From an uncultured Acidobacteriota bacterium (GTDB lineage Bacteria; Acidobacteriota; Thermoanaerobaculia; UBA5066; Gp7-AA6), in contig CAVXTP010000021.1 in assembly GCA_963764715.1 (NCBI GenBank), positions 32,001 through 96,000 on the forward strand: a stretch of DNA of 64,000 nt, written 5' to 3'. How positions within the stretch are numbered: position 1 is the stretch's first letter; every line of letters starts with the position of its first letter. Below, piece by piece: positions 1-10,544 of the stretch. Position numbers and translations under genes: made by a program. The notes below the pieces were generated by a model that saw nothing but the letters and a program-made list of their open reading frames with translations, did no database searches and was not told the origin of the DNA.

Positions 1-1
1 G

Positions 2-1087
2 GCCCTTCTCGTCCCCCGCGAGGAGATCCCGGCCCTGATCCGCGACTGCCACGCCCTGACGGAGATCTTCGTGCACGTCATGCTCGATCGCGCCCGCGTC
101 TTCACGTCGAGCGACCTCCTCGAGGAGAAGATGGCCTCTCTCGGAAAGCTCGCGGCCGGGCTCGCCCACGAGCTCAACAACCCCGCGTCGGCCGTCGCGC
201 GCAGCGCCGAAGGGCTGACGCTCCGGCTGGCCGAGGTCGAGCGGGCCTCGCGGGCTCTCGGAGCGGCCCGGTTGTCCGAAGCCCAGCAGGCGGCGGTCGA
301 CCGGGCGCGGGAGGTCTGCGTCACCGCGGCCGGCGCGACCTTCGGCAGCTCGCCCCTCGAGCGGGCGGACCGGCAGGACGCGATCGCCGACTGGCTCGAG
401 CGCCACCAGGCCGACGCCGTGGCGGCGGAAGCCCTGGCCGACTCGGCGGTCACCTTCGAGGCGCTCGACGGGCTCGCCGAAGCTCTCGACGGGGAGTCGC
501 TCCAGGCGGTGCTCGCGTGGCTGGCGGCTGGATGCTCGACTCACCAGCTCGCAACGGAGATCGAGACGGCCGCCTCGAAGATCCACAACCTCGTCGCGGC
601 GGTCAAGGGCTTCACGTACATGGACCAGGCCACCATGCCCAGGCCCGTGGACCTCGGCCAGGGGCTCTCGGACACGCTGGCGGTGCTGAACGCCAAGGCG
701 CGCGGGAGCTCCGTGCGCGTGAATCTCGAGGTGGAGGCCGACCTTCCGCGCATCGAGGGGTTCGGCGGCGAGCTCAATCAGGTCTGGGCGAACCTGGTCG
801 ACAACGCCCTGGATGCGGCGAAGAGCCGCGTGACCGTTTCGGCGGGACGCGACGGCGCTTCCGTCGTCGTCCGCGTCGTGGACGATGGCGCGGGACTGCC
901 GCCGGAGATTCGCGAGCGCATCTTCGATCCCTTCTTCACGACGAAACCGGTCGGCCAGGGCACCGGGCTCGGCCTCGACATCGCGCGGCGGCTCGTGCTC
1001 CGACACCGGGGAGAGATCGAGGTCGATTCGCGCCCCGGCCGGACGGAATTCCGCGTCACGCTGCCGATCGGCGCGGGAAGGGACTGA
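2..1087 (+). CDS. Sensor histidine kinase (NtrB-like HisKA + HATPase), 5'-truncated by the window edge
   Basis: H-box LAAGLAHELNNP, N-box QVWANLVDNA, G1 DDGAG, F-box FDPFFTTK, G2 GTGLGL; frame is open back to position 2. Confidence 0.93.
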   Translation, partial: ALLVPREEIPALIRDCHALTEIFVHVMLDRARVFTSSDLLEEKMASLGKLAAGLAHELNNPASAVARSAEGLTLRLAEVERASRALGAARLSEAQQAAVDRAREVCVTAAGATFGSSPLERADRQDAIADWLERHQADAVAAEALADSAVTFEALDGLAEALDGESLQAVLAWLAAGCSTHQLATEIETAASKIHNLVAAVKGFTYMDQATMPRPVDLGQGLSDTLAVLNAKARGSSVRVNLEVEADLPRIEGFGGELNQVWANLVDNALDAAKSRVTVSAGRDGASVVVRVVDDGAGLPPEIRERIFDPFFTTKPVGQGTGLGLDIARRLVLRHRGEIEVDSRPGRTEFRVTLPIGAGRD

Positions 1088-1088
1088 C

Positions 1089-1130
1089 GTCGCCAGGCCG
1101 GTCGTCCTGACCGTGGACGACGATCCCGAG
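1089..1130 (+). pseudogene. Remnant N-terminus of a response-regulator receiver domain
   Basis: Reads (V)ARPVVLTVDDDPE immediately after the kinase stop; no start codon and no continuation of the receiver. Confidence 0.45.
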
Positions 1131-1247
1131 TTTCCGCGATGCCCGGGGTGCCGGACCCCGCTCTCACGGTCTTTCCTGAAGGGCGTGCGACGCCCGGAGG
1201 CCGAGCTTCCGCCGAACACCCGGGTATAAAGTTCCCGTCAGACTCGA

Positions 1248-3833
1248 ATGCCACTTCCAGCCGGGACGAGCCTCGGCCCGTACGAGGTCCTATCGCCGAT
1301 CGGGGCGGGCGGCATGGGGGAGGTGTACCGCGCGCGGGATCCCCGGCTCGGGCGCGACGTCGCCGTGAAGGTGCTGCCCGAGGCCCTGGCGCAGGATCCT
1401 GCCCGGCTGTCGCGGTTCCAGCAGGAGGCACGCGCGGCGTCGGCGCTGAACCATCCCAACATCGTGACGATCCACGAAATCGGGCGTCACGGGGAGACGG
1501 CGTTCATCGCGATGGAGCTCGTGGAGGGGAAGACCCTCCGGGAGCTCACGATCTCGGGGCCAATGCCCGTGAAACGGGTATTGAACGTGGCGGCGCAGGT
1601 GGCCGACGGTCTCGCGAAGGCGCATTCCGCGGGAATCGTCCACCGGGACCTGAAGCCCGAGAACGTGATGGTGTCGAAGGACGGGTTCGTGAAGATCCTC
1701 GACTTCGGCCTGGCCAAGCTCGTCGAGCCGGAGCCCGGCGAAGCCTCGGCGATGCCGACGGTCGCGCCGCCCGAGACGTCCCCCGGGACCGTCATGGGAA
1801 CGGTCGGCTACATGTCGCCCGAGCAGGCCTCGGGGGAAGACCTGGATTTCCGGTCGGATCAGTTTTCGCTGGGCTCGATCGTGTACGAGATGACGACGGG
1901 CAAGAAGGCGTTCCAGCGGAAGACGGCCGCGGAGACGATGTCGGCCATCATCCGCGAAGAGCCGGAGCCGGTCGCGAGGCTGCGGCCCGACCTGCCGCTG
2001 CCGGTGCGGTGGATCCTGGAGCGCTGTCTGGCGAAGGACCGGGAGGAGCGGTATGCGTCGACGCGGGACCTGGCCCGGGACCTCGCCAGCGTGCGCGACC
2101 ACATCTCCGAAGTCACGAGCGGCGCGGAGTCCATGCTGGCGGCGCCCGGCAAGTCGAGGCGGCGCACCGTGCCGGCGGCCGCCGCCGTCGTTCTCGCCGC
2201 GGCGGCGCTCGTCGCCGGCGCGCTCGTCACGCGCGCGTTCGCTGCGAGAGGCTCCGTCGGCCCCGTCCTTCAAGCGGCTCACCTTCCGGGGTCTCCCGCT
2301 CGCGAATGCGCGTTTCTCTCGCGACGGGCAGATGCATCGTCTACGGCGTGAACGACGTCGACGAAGGTCGTCTGTTCGTGTCCCGCGTGCAGGGTCCCGA
2401 ATCCAAGCCGTTCGAGTTCGCGGGGGACATCCTCTCGATTTCGCGGTCGGGCGAGCTGGCCATCCTCCAGGGCGCGGGGTCCGCGCGGGTCCTGGCGACC
2501 GTTCCCATGGCGGGAGGGGCGCCGCGTCAGGTCGTGGACAACGTCATCTATGCCGGGGCCGACTGGTCCCCGGACGGCGCGAATCTCGTCGTCGCTCGCG
2601 ACGTCGGCGGAAAAGTCCGTCTCGAGTTTCCGATCGGGAAGGAGATCGCCGCCGGAAACTTCGACGTCTCCCCGATTTTCGCCCGACGGCGCCATGATCT
2701 CCTGTTGGGAGAGAACCGGGGACTCGTACTCCGTGGTCTTGATCGATCGTCTCGGGAAGTCGAAAAAGACGCTTTCGGCCGGCTGGACGGATTTCGCGGG
2801 TGTGCCGTCCTGGGCGTCGAACGGACGCGAGGTCTGGTTCACGGCGAACCGCGCGGGAGAAAGCCCCGCGCTCTGGGTTGTGGACATGTCGGGAAAGCTC
2901 CGCCTCGCGATCCGCGTTCCGGGGATTCTCGAGCTCGACGACATCTCGACCGACGGCCGTGTGTTGGTGGCCCATCACACAATGCGGCGGAGCGTCGTCG
3001 GGTTCGGACCCGGCCAGACGAAGCCGAGCGATCTGGCGTGGCTGGACGGATCATGGCCCGCCGACCTATCCTCGGACGGAACGTCGCTCCTTCTGAACGA
3101 AGAAGGCGAGGGCACCGGCCCGGTGCCGGCGATGTACCTTCGTGGCACGGACGGGAGCCCCGCGCTTCGCCTTTCCGAAGGCTGGGGCATGGCTCTCTCG
3201 GCCGATCACCAGCGGGTGCTCGGTGTCCTTTCCGGGGGTGTCGGGAAACCTTCGAGCCTCGTCCTCGTTCCGACGGGGCCGGGAGAGGTCCGGCGGCTCG
3301 AGGTCGAAGGCGTCGACCTCACGTCCGGCGTTCCGTGGGGCGGATTCACACCGGACTCGAAGCGGATCGTCTTCTCCGGCACGGAGCGGGACGGCAAGAG
3401 CCGCCTTCACGTTCTGGAGATCTCGACGGGGAAATGGCGCACGTTCGGGCCGGATGGCGCGAGGATCGTGCCTTTCTCGAGCCCCGTCTCGCCCGATGGC
3501 CGGTTCGTCGTCGGGGTTCGGGGCGGCCGGGGCTGGGTCTGGCCGATCGACGGCGGCGGGGAGGCCCGCGCCGTGCCGGGATTCGTGGCGGGTGACCGGG
3601 TGGCCCAGTGGAGCGCGGACTCGGCGGCTCTTTATGTCTACAACCCGGTCGAGCGGCCGATGTGGGTGTCTCTCCTCGATCTCGCGACGGGACAGAAGCG
3701 TCCGTGGAAGGAGATTCCCCTCTCCGACGCCACGGGGAACGTCCGGGTGCGCGTCACTCCGGACGGCCGCTCCTATTTCGTCGGTTCCGTGGTCAGCCAG
3801 TCGGAGCTCTACCTGGTCGAAGGCTTGCGCTGA
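1248..3833 (+). CDS. Membrane Ser/Thr protein kinase with C-terminal TolB/PD40-like beta-propeller; split by about 3 frameshifts
   Basis: GAGGMG, VAVK, HRDLKPEN, DFG, YMSPEQ and a TM segment in 1248..2351; propeller motifs (RFSRDG, DWSPDG, RFSPDG, FTPDSK) continue through three other ORFs with switches near 2250, 2335 and 2665. Confidence 0.85.
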
Positions 3834-3930
3834 CGCTCATCCGATTTCGCCGCGCGCCGCCGTGACGATCGGACAGGGAGCGACACGAAGGGCGGAACGG
3901 TTCGCGGGATGCAGGAGCCGGAGCCGGGCC

Positions 3931-4224
3931 TCAGGCCACGAAGACGTGACCCGGACCGCGAACCTGTTCCCGACAAGCCTGGTCGCAGGATTTTCGCACC
4001 GGCCACCGCGAGCAGCTCACGACGCGCAGGCGCGGAAAGCCGAAAGTGACTCCGAGGGCCCCCGGCCGCGGATCGACGCCCACGCAGGCCTCGTCTCCCG
4101 TCTCCGGGCAGGTGACCTTCTTCTTTCGCTGGAGCTCCCCGTACTCGAGCAGGCCCACGGGCAGCACGACGACGAGCAGGCCGACCAGGGCGTAAAGAAT
4201 CGCAACGAGCGGCGACGATTCCAT
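3931..4224 (-). CDS. Small membrane-anchored Cys-rich protein (CPETG...CSRWP...CDQAC)
   Basis: 97 aa from the ATG at 4224 with a GGAGG RBS; N-terminal TM helix; five Cys. Confidence 0.7.
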   Translation of the reverse strand: MESSPLVAILYALVGLLVVVLPVGLLEYGELQRKKKVTCPETGDEACVGVDPRPGALGVTFGFPRLRVVSCSRWPVRKSCDQACREQVRGPGHVFVA

Positions 4225-4420
4225 CCTGCACCTCCCGCGGTCGCGGGCCCGTTCGACCCGCGCTCGGTTCTCCCCATCATGGAAGTCCACGGCGTCGGGG
4301 CCCGCCAGATCCAAACGCATCATCCCGGGCGCCGCGTTGACTCCTCGACGCGCAAGGTCAAATATCCGCTGACGGGGCGGGTCACCTCGGCCCGCAATCC
4401 CCGCGAACAAGGGAGGCCCC

Positions 4421-5728
4421 ATGCGAAGGATTCTGGCGGCCATCGTCGTCCTCGGGTCCCTGTCCGTCGCGCTTCCGGCGGAGGTCACGGCCATCCGTGC
4501 GGGCCGGCTCGTCGACCCCGAGACCGGCCGGGCGGCCTCCGACCAGGTCATTCTGGTGGAGGGCGGCAAGATCACGGCTGTGGGGCCGGGCCTGGCGGTC
4601 CCGCCGGACGCGGCCGTCATCGATCTCTCGGACCTGACCGTGCTTCCGGGGCTCGTGGACACCCACACGCACCTCGGCATCACCTACAAGGACGTTCCGG
4701 AGCACAACTACTACTACCTGACCTACGTGATGGAATCGACGCCGCTGCGCGCGATCCAGGCGGCCTCGAACGGCATCCAGCTCCTCAACTCGGGCTTCAC
4801 GGTCGTGCGGGACCTCGGCAACAACGCCCTCTATGCCGACACCGCGCACCGCCAGGCGATCGAGCAGGGATGGATCCCCGGGCCGACGCTCATCAACTCG
4901 GGTCTGATCATCGGCGGCAAGGGCGGCCAGTTCTGGCCCACGCCCGAGATGGTCAAGTACCACGACATCGTCTATCCGGAGTACCTCGACGCGGACACCC
5001 ACGACGAGATCATCAAGGCCGTGCGCGAGAACATGCTGTTCGGCGCGAAGATCATCAAGATCTGCGTCGACTGCAAGCCCTGGGGCTACTCGGTCGAGGA
5101 CATGAAGCTCTTCATCTCGGAGGCGGCCAGGGGCGGTCTCAAAGTCGCCGGCCACGTTCAGACCCCCGAAGGGGCGAGCCGCGCCATCGAGGCCGGGATC
5201 TGGTCGATCGAGCACGGCTTCGCGCTCACCGACGAGCACTACAGGCTGATGGCGCAGAAGGGAATCTTCCTCGCCTCCACCGATACGCCGTTCACGCCCT
5301 ATGCCGGGAAGAAGGAGAGCATGGACAAGGCCGCCGCGCAGCTCAAGAGCGCCTGGCAGCACGGCGTGAAGATCACCTTCTCGACCGACATGGACTACTG
5401 GGAGCAGGGCAACATGCTCACCCGCGGCGAGCGGACGATCAATTTCCTCCTGACCTGGAAGGCGTCCGGGATCCCCAACGCCGACATCCTGAAGGCGATG
5501 ACGGTGACCGGCTACCAGTGCGCGCAGGTCGAGAAGCAGCGCGGCCCGATCCGGGCCGGGCTCGCCGCCGACATCATCGCCGTGCGGGGCAATCCGCTCG
5601 AGGACATCGACGCCCTGCGCGACGTGCGTTTCGTCATGAAGGACGGCATGGTCTTCAAGCGCGACGGCGTGATGACTCCCGAGAAGTTCTTCCACTCCGG
5701 ACCGGTCTACGGATGGAACAAGCGTTAG
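4421..5728 (+). CDS. Secreted amidohydrolase family protein
   Basis: Signal peptide, PGLVDTHTH metal motif, SIEHG, ADIIAV-GNPLEDI; GGAGG RBS. Confidence 0.9.
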   Translation: MRRILAAIVVLGSLSVALPAEVTAIRAGRLVDPETGRAASDQVILVEGGKITAVGPGLAVPPDAAVIDLSDLTVLPGLVDTHTHLGITYKDVPEHNYYYLTYVMESTPLRAIQAASNGIQLLNSGFTVVRDLGNNALYADTAHRQAIEQGWIPGPTLINSGLIIGGKGGQFWPTPEMVKYHDIVYPEYLDADTHDEIIKAVRENMLFGAKIIKICVDCKPWGYSVEDMKLFISEAARGGLKVAGHVQTPEGASRAIEAGIWSIEHGFALTDEHYRLMAQKGIFLASTDTPFTPYAGKKESMDKAAAQLKSAWQHGVKITFSTDMDYWEQGNMLTRGERTINFLLTWKASGIPNADILKAMTVTGYQCAQVEKQRGPIRAGLAADIIAVRGNPLEDIDALRDVRFVMKDGMVFKRDGVMTPEKFFHSGPVYGWNKR

Positions 5729-5865
5729 CGGGAGTTTGGAGCCGGAAAGGGGGCCGCGGCGGCCCGTGGACGACACGCAGCCGATCGTGCGCCCGCACTC
5801 GTCTCGGAGAAGTTCTGTTAGACTGACCGCCGTCGACTAGCCCTATTCATCTGAGCAAGCAGGAT

Positions 5866-8802
5866 TTGTCCCGAGCCACCCCGCGACCGGATGCCGCGCT
5901 TCGCGGCCTGGTCGGCATCCTCTTTCTCGGCCTCGCGAGCGCAGTCCAGGCGGCGACGTACGCGCACGTGCCGGCGACCTACGGCTGGATCGATCCGTCC
6001 GCCCACGCGCCGGCGGTCTGGAGCAACCCCACGCTCTGCACGGCCTTCGGGGACACGATCGGCGACGACTCGATCACGGCGCCCATCGACATCGGGTTTC
6101 CGTTTGTCTTCGGCGGCAACACGTACACCCAGCTGAACATCATGACGAACGGCCGGCTGCAGTTCGGCAACACCTACTGCTATGCCGGCACGCAGAACAC
6201 GGGGCCGCCCCGCACCTACACGATCCCTTACCCGGACGGGAACCTCACGAACACCATCCGGGTGTACGGGACGGACTTCGACGCCAGCCCGAGCGGATCG
6301 GGCGGAGGGCCGGGCGCGACGACCTGCCCATCGCCGGCCTGCGCCGTCCTGTACACGGCGACCCCGCTCGGTTCGGCCCCGAACCGTCAGTTCGTCGTGA
6401 CCTGGCAGGCGGTTCCCGACTGGGGAACGACCGGAAGCTTTTTCAACGTCCAGGCGATCCTGAACGAGAACGGGACGTTCGTCTTTCAGTTCGGGCCGAA
6501 CAACAATCTCAACGGAGGCCATCCCGACGTCGGCTGGGAGCTGACCACGTCGGATTACGACAAGATCACCTACACGACCAGCGCCTCGCTGACGGGCACG
6601 GCGATCCTCTTCTATAACCCCGGGGTCACGCCGACACCGACACCCACGGCGACCTTCACCCCCACCAACACGCCGACAAATACCCCCACGAATACCCCCA
6701 CGAATACCCCGACCAACACGCCGACGTTCACGGCCACGGCGACCCCGACATTCACTCCTTCGAACACGCCGACGTTCACTCCGAGCAACACCCCGACGTT
6801 CACCCCGAGCAACACGCCGACCAACACACCGACGAATACCCCCACGAACACCCCCACCAACACGCCGACGAACACGCCGACCAATACGCCGACCAACACG
6901 CCGACGTTCACTCCCTCGAACACACCGACGTTCACGCCGAGCAACACGCCGACGTTCACGCCGAGCAATACGCCGACCAACACGCCCACGAATACGCCGA
7001 CGTTCACCCCGTCGCGGACGCCGACGTTCACGCCGAGCAACACGCCGACGTTCACGCCGAGTAATACGCCGACCAACACGCCCACGAATACGCCGACGTT
7101 CACCCCGTCGCGGACGCCGACATTCACGCCGAGCAACACACCGACGTTCACGCCGAGCAACACGCCGACGGACACCCCGACCAACACGCCGACGTTCACC
7201 CCGTCGCGGACGCCGACGTTTACGCCGAGCAACACGCCGACGTTCACGCCGAGCAACACCCCGACGAACACGCCGACCAACACGCCGACGTTCACCCCGT
7301 CGCGGACGCCGACGTTTACGCCGAGCAACACGCCGACGTTCACGCCGAGCAACACCCCGACGAACACGCCGACCAACACGCCGACGTTCACCCCGTCGCG
7401 GACGCCGACGTTTACGCCGAGCAACACGCCGACGTTCACGCCGAGCAACACGCCGACGGACACCCCGACGAACACGCCGACGTTCACCCCGTCACGGACG
7501 CCGACGTTTACGCCGAGCAACACGCCGACGTTCACGCCGAGCAACACCCCGACGTTCACTGCGAGCAACACCCCGACGAACACGCCGACGTTGACCGCGA
7601 CTCACACGCCGACGTTCACTCCCTCGAACACGCCGACATTCACGCCGACCTTCACGTCGACGCCGACTCCGACCTTCACGCCGACCTCGACTCCGACGTC
7701 CACGCCCACGCCCACGCCGACGTTCACGACGACGCCGACCCCGACCTTCACGCCGACGGCGACCCCGACGCCCACGAACACGCCGACCGCGACGGCGACG
7801 CCGACGAGCACGGCGACACCCACGGCCACGCAGACGCCGACGGTGACGCCGACTCCGGTTCCGCCGGTTCCGACAGCCCTGGCCGTCGACCTCGACGGGT
7901 CGGGGACGACCTCCAACCTGAACAAGGTGCTCGAGTCGGGCGAGACCGTGGTGGTCGAGCCCGGCTGGCTCAATCCCAACGGGTTCGCCCTGGGGATGAC
8001 GGGGACCGCCTCGAACGTGGCCGGCCCGCCGGGACCCTCGTACGGGATCGCCGATTCCTCCGCGAGCTACGGCCTGGTCGCCTCGACCGCCGTGTCGGAC
8101 TGCTGGGGCGCCACCCCGGGTCACGACTGTTACCTGATCACGGTGACGGGCGCGCGTCCGGTGCCGCACTGGGACGCGACGTTCGACGAGGCATTGAGCT
8201 TTGGTTCGACCGCGGCGCCGAAGACCTGGACGCTGCACGTCGGCGAGAGCTTCCTCGACGTCCCGACGTCGCAGCAGTTCTACGCCTTCATCGAGAACAT
8301 CTTCCACAACGGCATCACCGGGGGCTGCGGCGTCGGCGCGTACTGTCCCGGCAATTCGACGACGCGCGCGCAGATGGCGGTGTTCCTGCTGAAGTCGAAG
8401 CACGGCGCGTCGTACCTTCCGCCCGGCTGCGCGGGCGTCTTTGCCGACGTCCCGTGCCCGAGCCTGTACGCGGACTGGATCGAGGAGCTCGCGGCCGAGG
8501 GAATCACGGGAGGCTGCGGCGGAGGCAACTACTGTCCGTCCAATCCCGTGACGCGGGCCCAGATGGCCGCCTTCCTCCTCAAGGCGAAGTACGGCGCGTC
8601 GTACGTTCCGCCCGCCTGCGCGGGCCTCTTCTCCGACGTTCCTTGCCCGAGCCAGTTCGCCGACTGGATCGAGGAGCTCTACTCCGAGGGCATCACGGGC
8701 GGTTGCGGCGCCGGGATCTACTGCCCGTCGAGCCCGAACAACCGCGGACAGATGGCCGTCTTCCTGGTGAAGACCTTCGGCCTGCGACTGTACGGCCCGT
8801 AG
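5866..8802 (+). CDS. Secreted surface protein: nidogen-like N-domain, long Pro/Thr stalk, C-terminal triple Cys-rich SLH-like module
   Basis: Signal peptide; DD...[12 protein letters not shown] motif; [12 protein letters not shown] repeats; three F.DVP...GITGGC...YCP...RxQMAxFL repeats. Confidence 0.85.
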   Translation: MSRATPRPDAALRGLVGILFLGLASAVQAATYAHVPATYGWIDPSAHAPAVWSNPTLCTAFGDTIGDDSITAPIDIGFPFVFGGNTYTQLNIMTNGRLQFGNTYCYAGTQNTGPPRTYTIPYPDGNLTNTIRVYGTDFDASPSGSGGGPGATTCPSPACAVLYTATPLGSAPNRQFVVTWQAVPDWGTTGSFFNVQAILNENGTFVFQFGPNNNLNGGHPDVGWELTTSDYDKITYTTSASLTGTAILFYNPGVTPTPTPTATFTPTNTPTNTPTNTPTNTPTNTPTFTATATPTFTPSNTPTFTPSNTPTFTPSNTPTNTPTNTPTNTPTNTPTNTPTNTPTNTPTFTPSNTPTFTPSNTPTFTPSNTPTNTPTNTPTFTPSRTPTFTPSNTPTFTPSNTPTNTPTNTPTFTPSRTPTFTPSNTPTFTPSNTPTDTPTNTPTFTPSRTPTFTPSNTPTFTPSNTPTNTPTNTPTFTPSRTPTFTPSNTPTFTPSNTPTNTPTNTPTFTPSRTPTFTPSNTPTFTPSNTPTDTPTNTPTFTPSRTPTFTPSNTPTFTPSNTPTFTASNTPTNTPTLTATHTPTFTPSNTPTFTPTFTSTPTPTFTPTSTPTSTPTPTPTFTTTPTPTFTPTATPTPTNTPTATATPTSTATPTATQTPTVTPTPVPPVPTALAVDLDGSGTTSNLNKVLESGETVVVEPGWLNPNGFALGMTGTASNVAGPPGPSYGIADSSASYGLVASTAVSDCWGATPGHDCYLITVTGARPVPHWDATFDEALSFGSTAAPKTWTLHVGESFLDVPTSQQFYAFIENIFHNGITGGCGVGAYCPGNSTTRAQMAVFLLKSKHGASYLPPGCAGVFADVPCPSLYADWIEELAAEGITGGCGGGNYCPSNPVTRAQMAAFLLKAKYGASYVPPACAGLFSDVPCPSQFADWIEELYSEGITGGCGAGIYCPSSPNNRGQMAVFLVKTFGLRLYGP
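6625..7860 (+). repeat. Intragenic hierarchical tandem repeat (12-bp and 24-bp units inside a 96-bp superunit) encoding the PT stalk
   Basis: The TPSR codons recur at 7012, 7108, 7204, 7300, 7396 and 7492 (period 96 bp). Confidence 0.95.
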
Positions 8803-8814
8803 GCGAAAGCCGAG

Positions 8815-9084
8815 CTAGCGGGAGTCGGTGCGCCCGCGGACCGGGCGCGCCTCGGGCACGGGGTAGTCGGTGGGGTAAGGCTTCGACGACGCGAACTCCG
8901 TGTTGCAACCCCGGGCGCAGATCCACCACCCGTCGGGATCCATCTCGCGGCGCTCGGAGGCGACCTGCCCGCCGCAGCGCAGGCAATAGGCGCGTCGGAT
9001 CGGCTGTCCGCAACCCGGACGCTCGATCAGTCCGAGGCCGCTCCGGCGCAACTCTTCTGGACTGAGGTCCTTTGGTCCGTGCAT
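8815..9084 (-). CDS. Small putative zinc-ribbon protein (CLRC...CARGC)
   Basis: 89 aa from the ATG at 9084; TACATT -10-like hexamer just upstream; two Cys pairs. Confidence 0.5.
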   Translation of the reverse strand: MHGPKDLSPEELRRSGLGLIERPGCGQPIRRAYCLRCGGQVASERREMDPDGWWICARGCNTEFASSKPYPTDYPVPEARPVRGRTDSR

Positions 9085-9160
9085 GGAACGGACAATGTAG
9101 GGCCGGACCCGGGAAATCGCGTGTGACGGGAGACACGTGCCGGTCCGCCGGACGGCCGCG

Positions 9161-9364
9161 TCAGGCTCGGGGCGGAATGTCTTGCGGACGCTTGCCGCGG
9201 TCGGCGGGGTCGCGCTGCGCATGCTTGCGCGGGTCGAAGGCCACGGCGGCGTAGCAGATCGGGCACTTCAGGCGGCCGTCCCCGGGGATCGTCGCGAACC
9301 TCGGCGACCGGCACGCCGAGCAGAACCAGCGGGCCAGCCGGCGCTCCTCCCCCTCGAATGCCAT
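9161..9364 (-). CDS. Small putative zinc-ribbon protein (CSAC...CPIC)
   Basis: 67 aa from the ATG at 9364; two CxxC motifs; TAACAT -10-like hexamer upstream. Confidence 0.55.
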   Translation of the reverse strand: MAFEGEERRLARWFCSACRSPRFATIPGDGRLKCPICYAAVAFDPRKHAQRDPADRGKRPQDIPPRA

Positions 9365-9603
9365 TGGACGGAATGTTAGCGCGTTCGCCGCCGGATCCGC
9401 GCGTCGCCGACCGGAAAGTCGAATGCGCCGTCTTCCCGCGGCCCGACACGCGGCCCGATGCTCCGAATCGGAGACGGGACCGCGAATCGCCGGCGACGAC
9501 CGCAATTCGCAACGCCGGAACACGCTCGAGTCTCCGCCGATGTTCTCTCCGCCACGCTCGCCTCGAAGGGCCGAACGCGCGCAAGTCCCCTGATTCCAGA
9601 ACG

Positions 9604-9619
9604 TGGCACGGATTCTGCT
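9604..9619 (+). promoter_or_regulatory. Sigma-54 (-24/-12) promoter
   Basis: TGGCACGGATTCTGCT = GG-N10-GC, close to the TGGCACG-N4-TTGC consensus, upstream of an AAGGAG RBS and the ATG at 9675. Confidence 0.8.
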
Positions 9620-9674
9620 CTTTTGGAGGGGCGTGGCCGCAACAGGCGGCCACAGAAAACGAAAGGAGACAGCG

Positions 9675-10469
9675 ATGCGATCCCTGACTCGTTACCTGCT
9701 GGCAGGCGCTGCGGTGTTCGTCATCGCGGCCGGCGCGGCGAAGGCGCAGGAGCCCGACCCCGCGACCGAGGCTCCCCAGCCGACCGCCACGGCGCCCGCT
9801 GCGACGCCGACGCCGAGCGCGATGGCCCCGACGGCGATGTCGAACGACACGACTTCTTCGAGCGCTGCGCCGACCGAGACGCAGGCGCAGCCGGCGCCGC
9901 CGGTGGAGGCCGCGCCGTCCGACGTCCAGAGCGCTCCGGCCCCGGTTCCGCCGCCGCCTTCGGTCGCTGAATCGCCCAGGGTCGTCGAAGAGCCGAAGGC
10001 CGCGATCGCCGAGAAGCCGGCGAAGGTCAAGAAGTCCGCCGCCAAGGCTTCGCAGCGGAAGGCCCTCGAGGCCGCCGCCACCGAGCCGAAAAAGGACGAG
10101 CGCGAGAAGTCGGCCGAGTCCGCCGCCACCGCGGCCACGGATCCGGGCTCGACGCCGCCCTCCGACGGCGGACCCTCGGGAACGACGGCTCCCGCCCCGG
10201 CGGGCAGCGATGCGGCTCCGATGGTCCCGCCCCTGTCCTCGGACGAAACCAACGCGGCCGCCCGCACGGAGACGGTCGAGACGAAGACGGCCGACTCGGG
10301 GCGCGGCGCCGGGACGTTCATCGTCCTCGCGGCCCTCGCGCTGGGCATCGCCTTCGTGGTCGGACTGACGGTCCGGCGTCGCCGGGCCGAGAAGCTCTCG
10401 ATCTTCGATCGTTCCCTGACGGGTCCGGCGCCCCGCGCGCCTCAGCCGCCGATCGTCAACCAGTACTGA
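9675..10469 (+). CDS. Secreted Pro/Ala/Thr-rich disordered protein with C-terminal TM anchor and RRRR stop-transfer
   Basis: Signal peptide ending AKA-Q, low-complexity body, hydrophobic GTFIVLAALALGIAFVVGLTV followed by RRRR. Confidence 0.8.
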   Translation: MRSLTRYLLAGAAVFVIAAGAAKAQEPDPATEAPQPTATAPAATPTPSAMAPTAMSNDTTSSSAAPTETQAQPAPPVEAAPSDVQSAPAPVPPPPSVAESPRVVEEPKAAIAEKPAKVKKSAAKASQRKALEAAATEPKKDEREKSAESAATAATDPGSTPPSDGGPSGTTAPAPAGSDAAPMVPPLSSDETNAAARTETVETKTADSGRGAGTFIVLAALALGIAFVVGLTVRRRRAEKLSIFDRSLTGPAPRAPQPPIVNQY

Positions 10470-10492
10470 GGCCGGGTTCCACAATTTCGCCG

Positions 10493-10523
10493 GAGGCGGG
10501 TCAAGCCCCGCCTCTTTTTTTTT
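10493..10523 (+). terminator. Rho-independent terminator
   Basis: GAGGCGGG-TCAAGC-CCCGCCTC hairpin followed by T9. Confidence 0.9.
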
Positions 10524-10544
10524 GCCCGGCGAAACGGTGGCAGC

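Noticed and set aside
6612-7979. Minus-strand Val/Gly repeat ORFs (VGVLLGVN...)
   Set aside because: Antisense shadow of the TPTN/TPTF repeat
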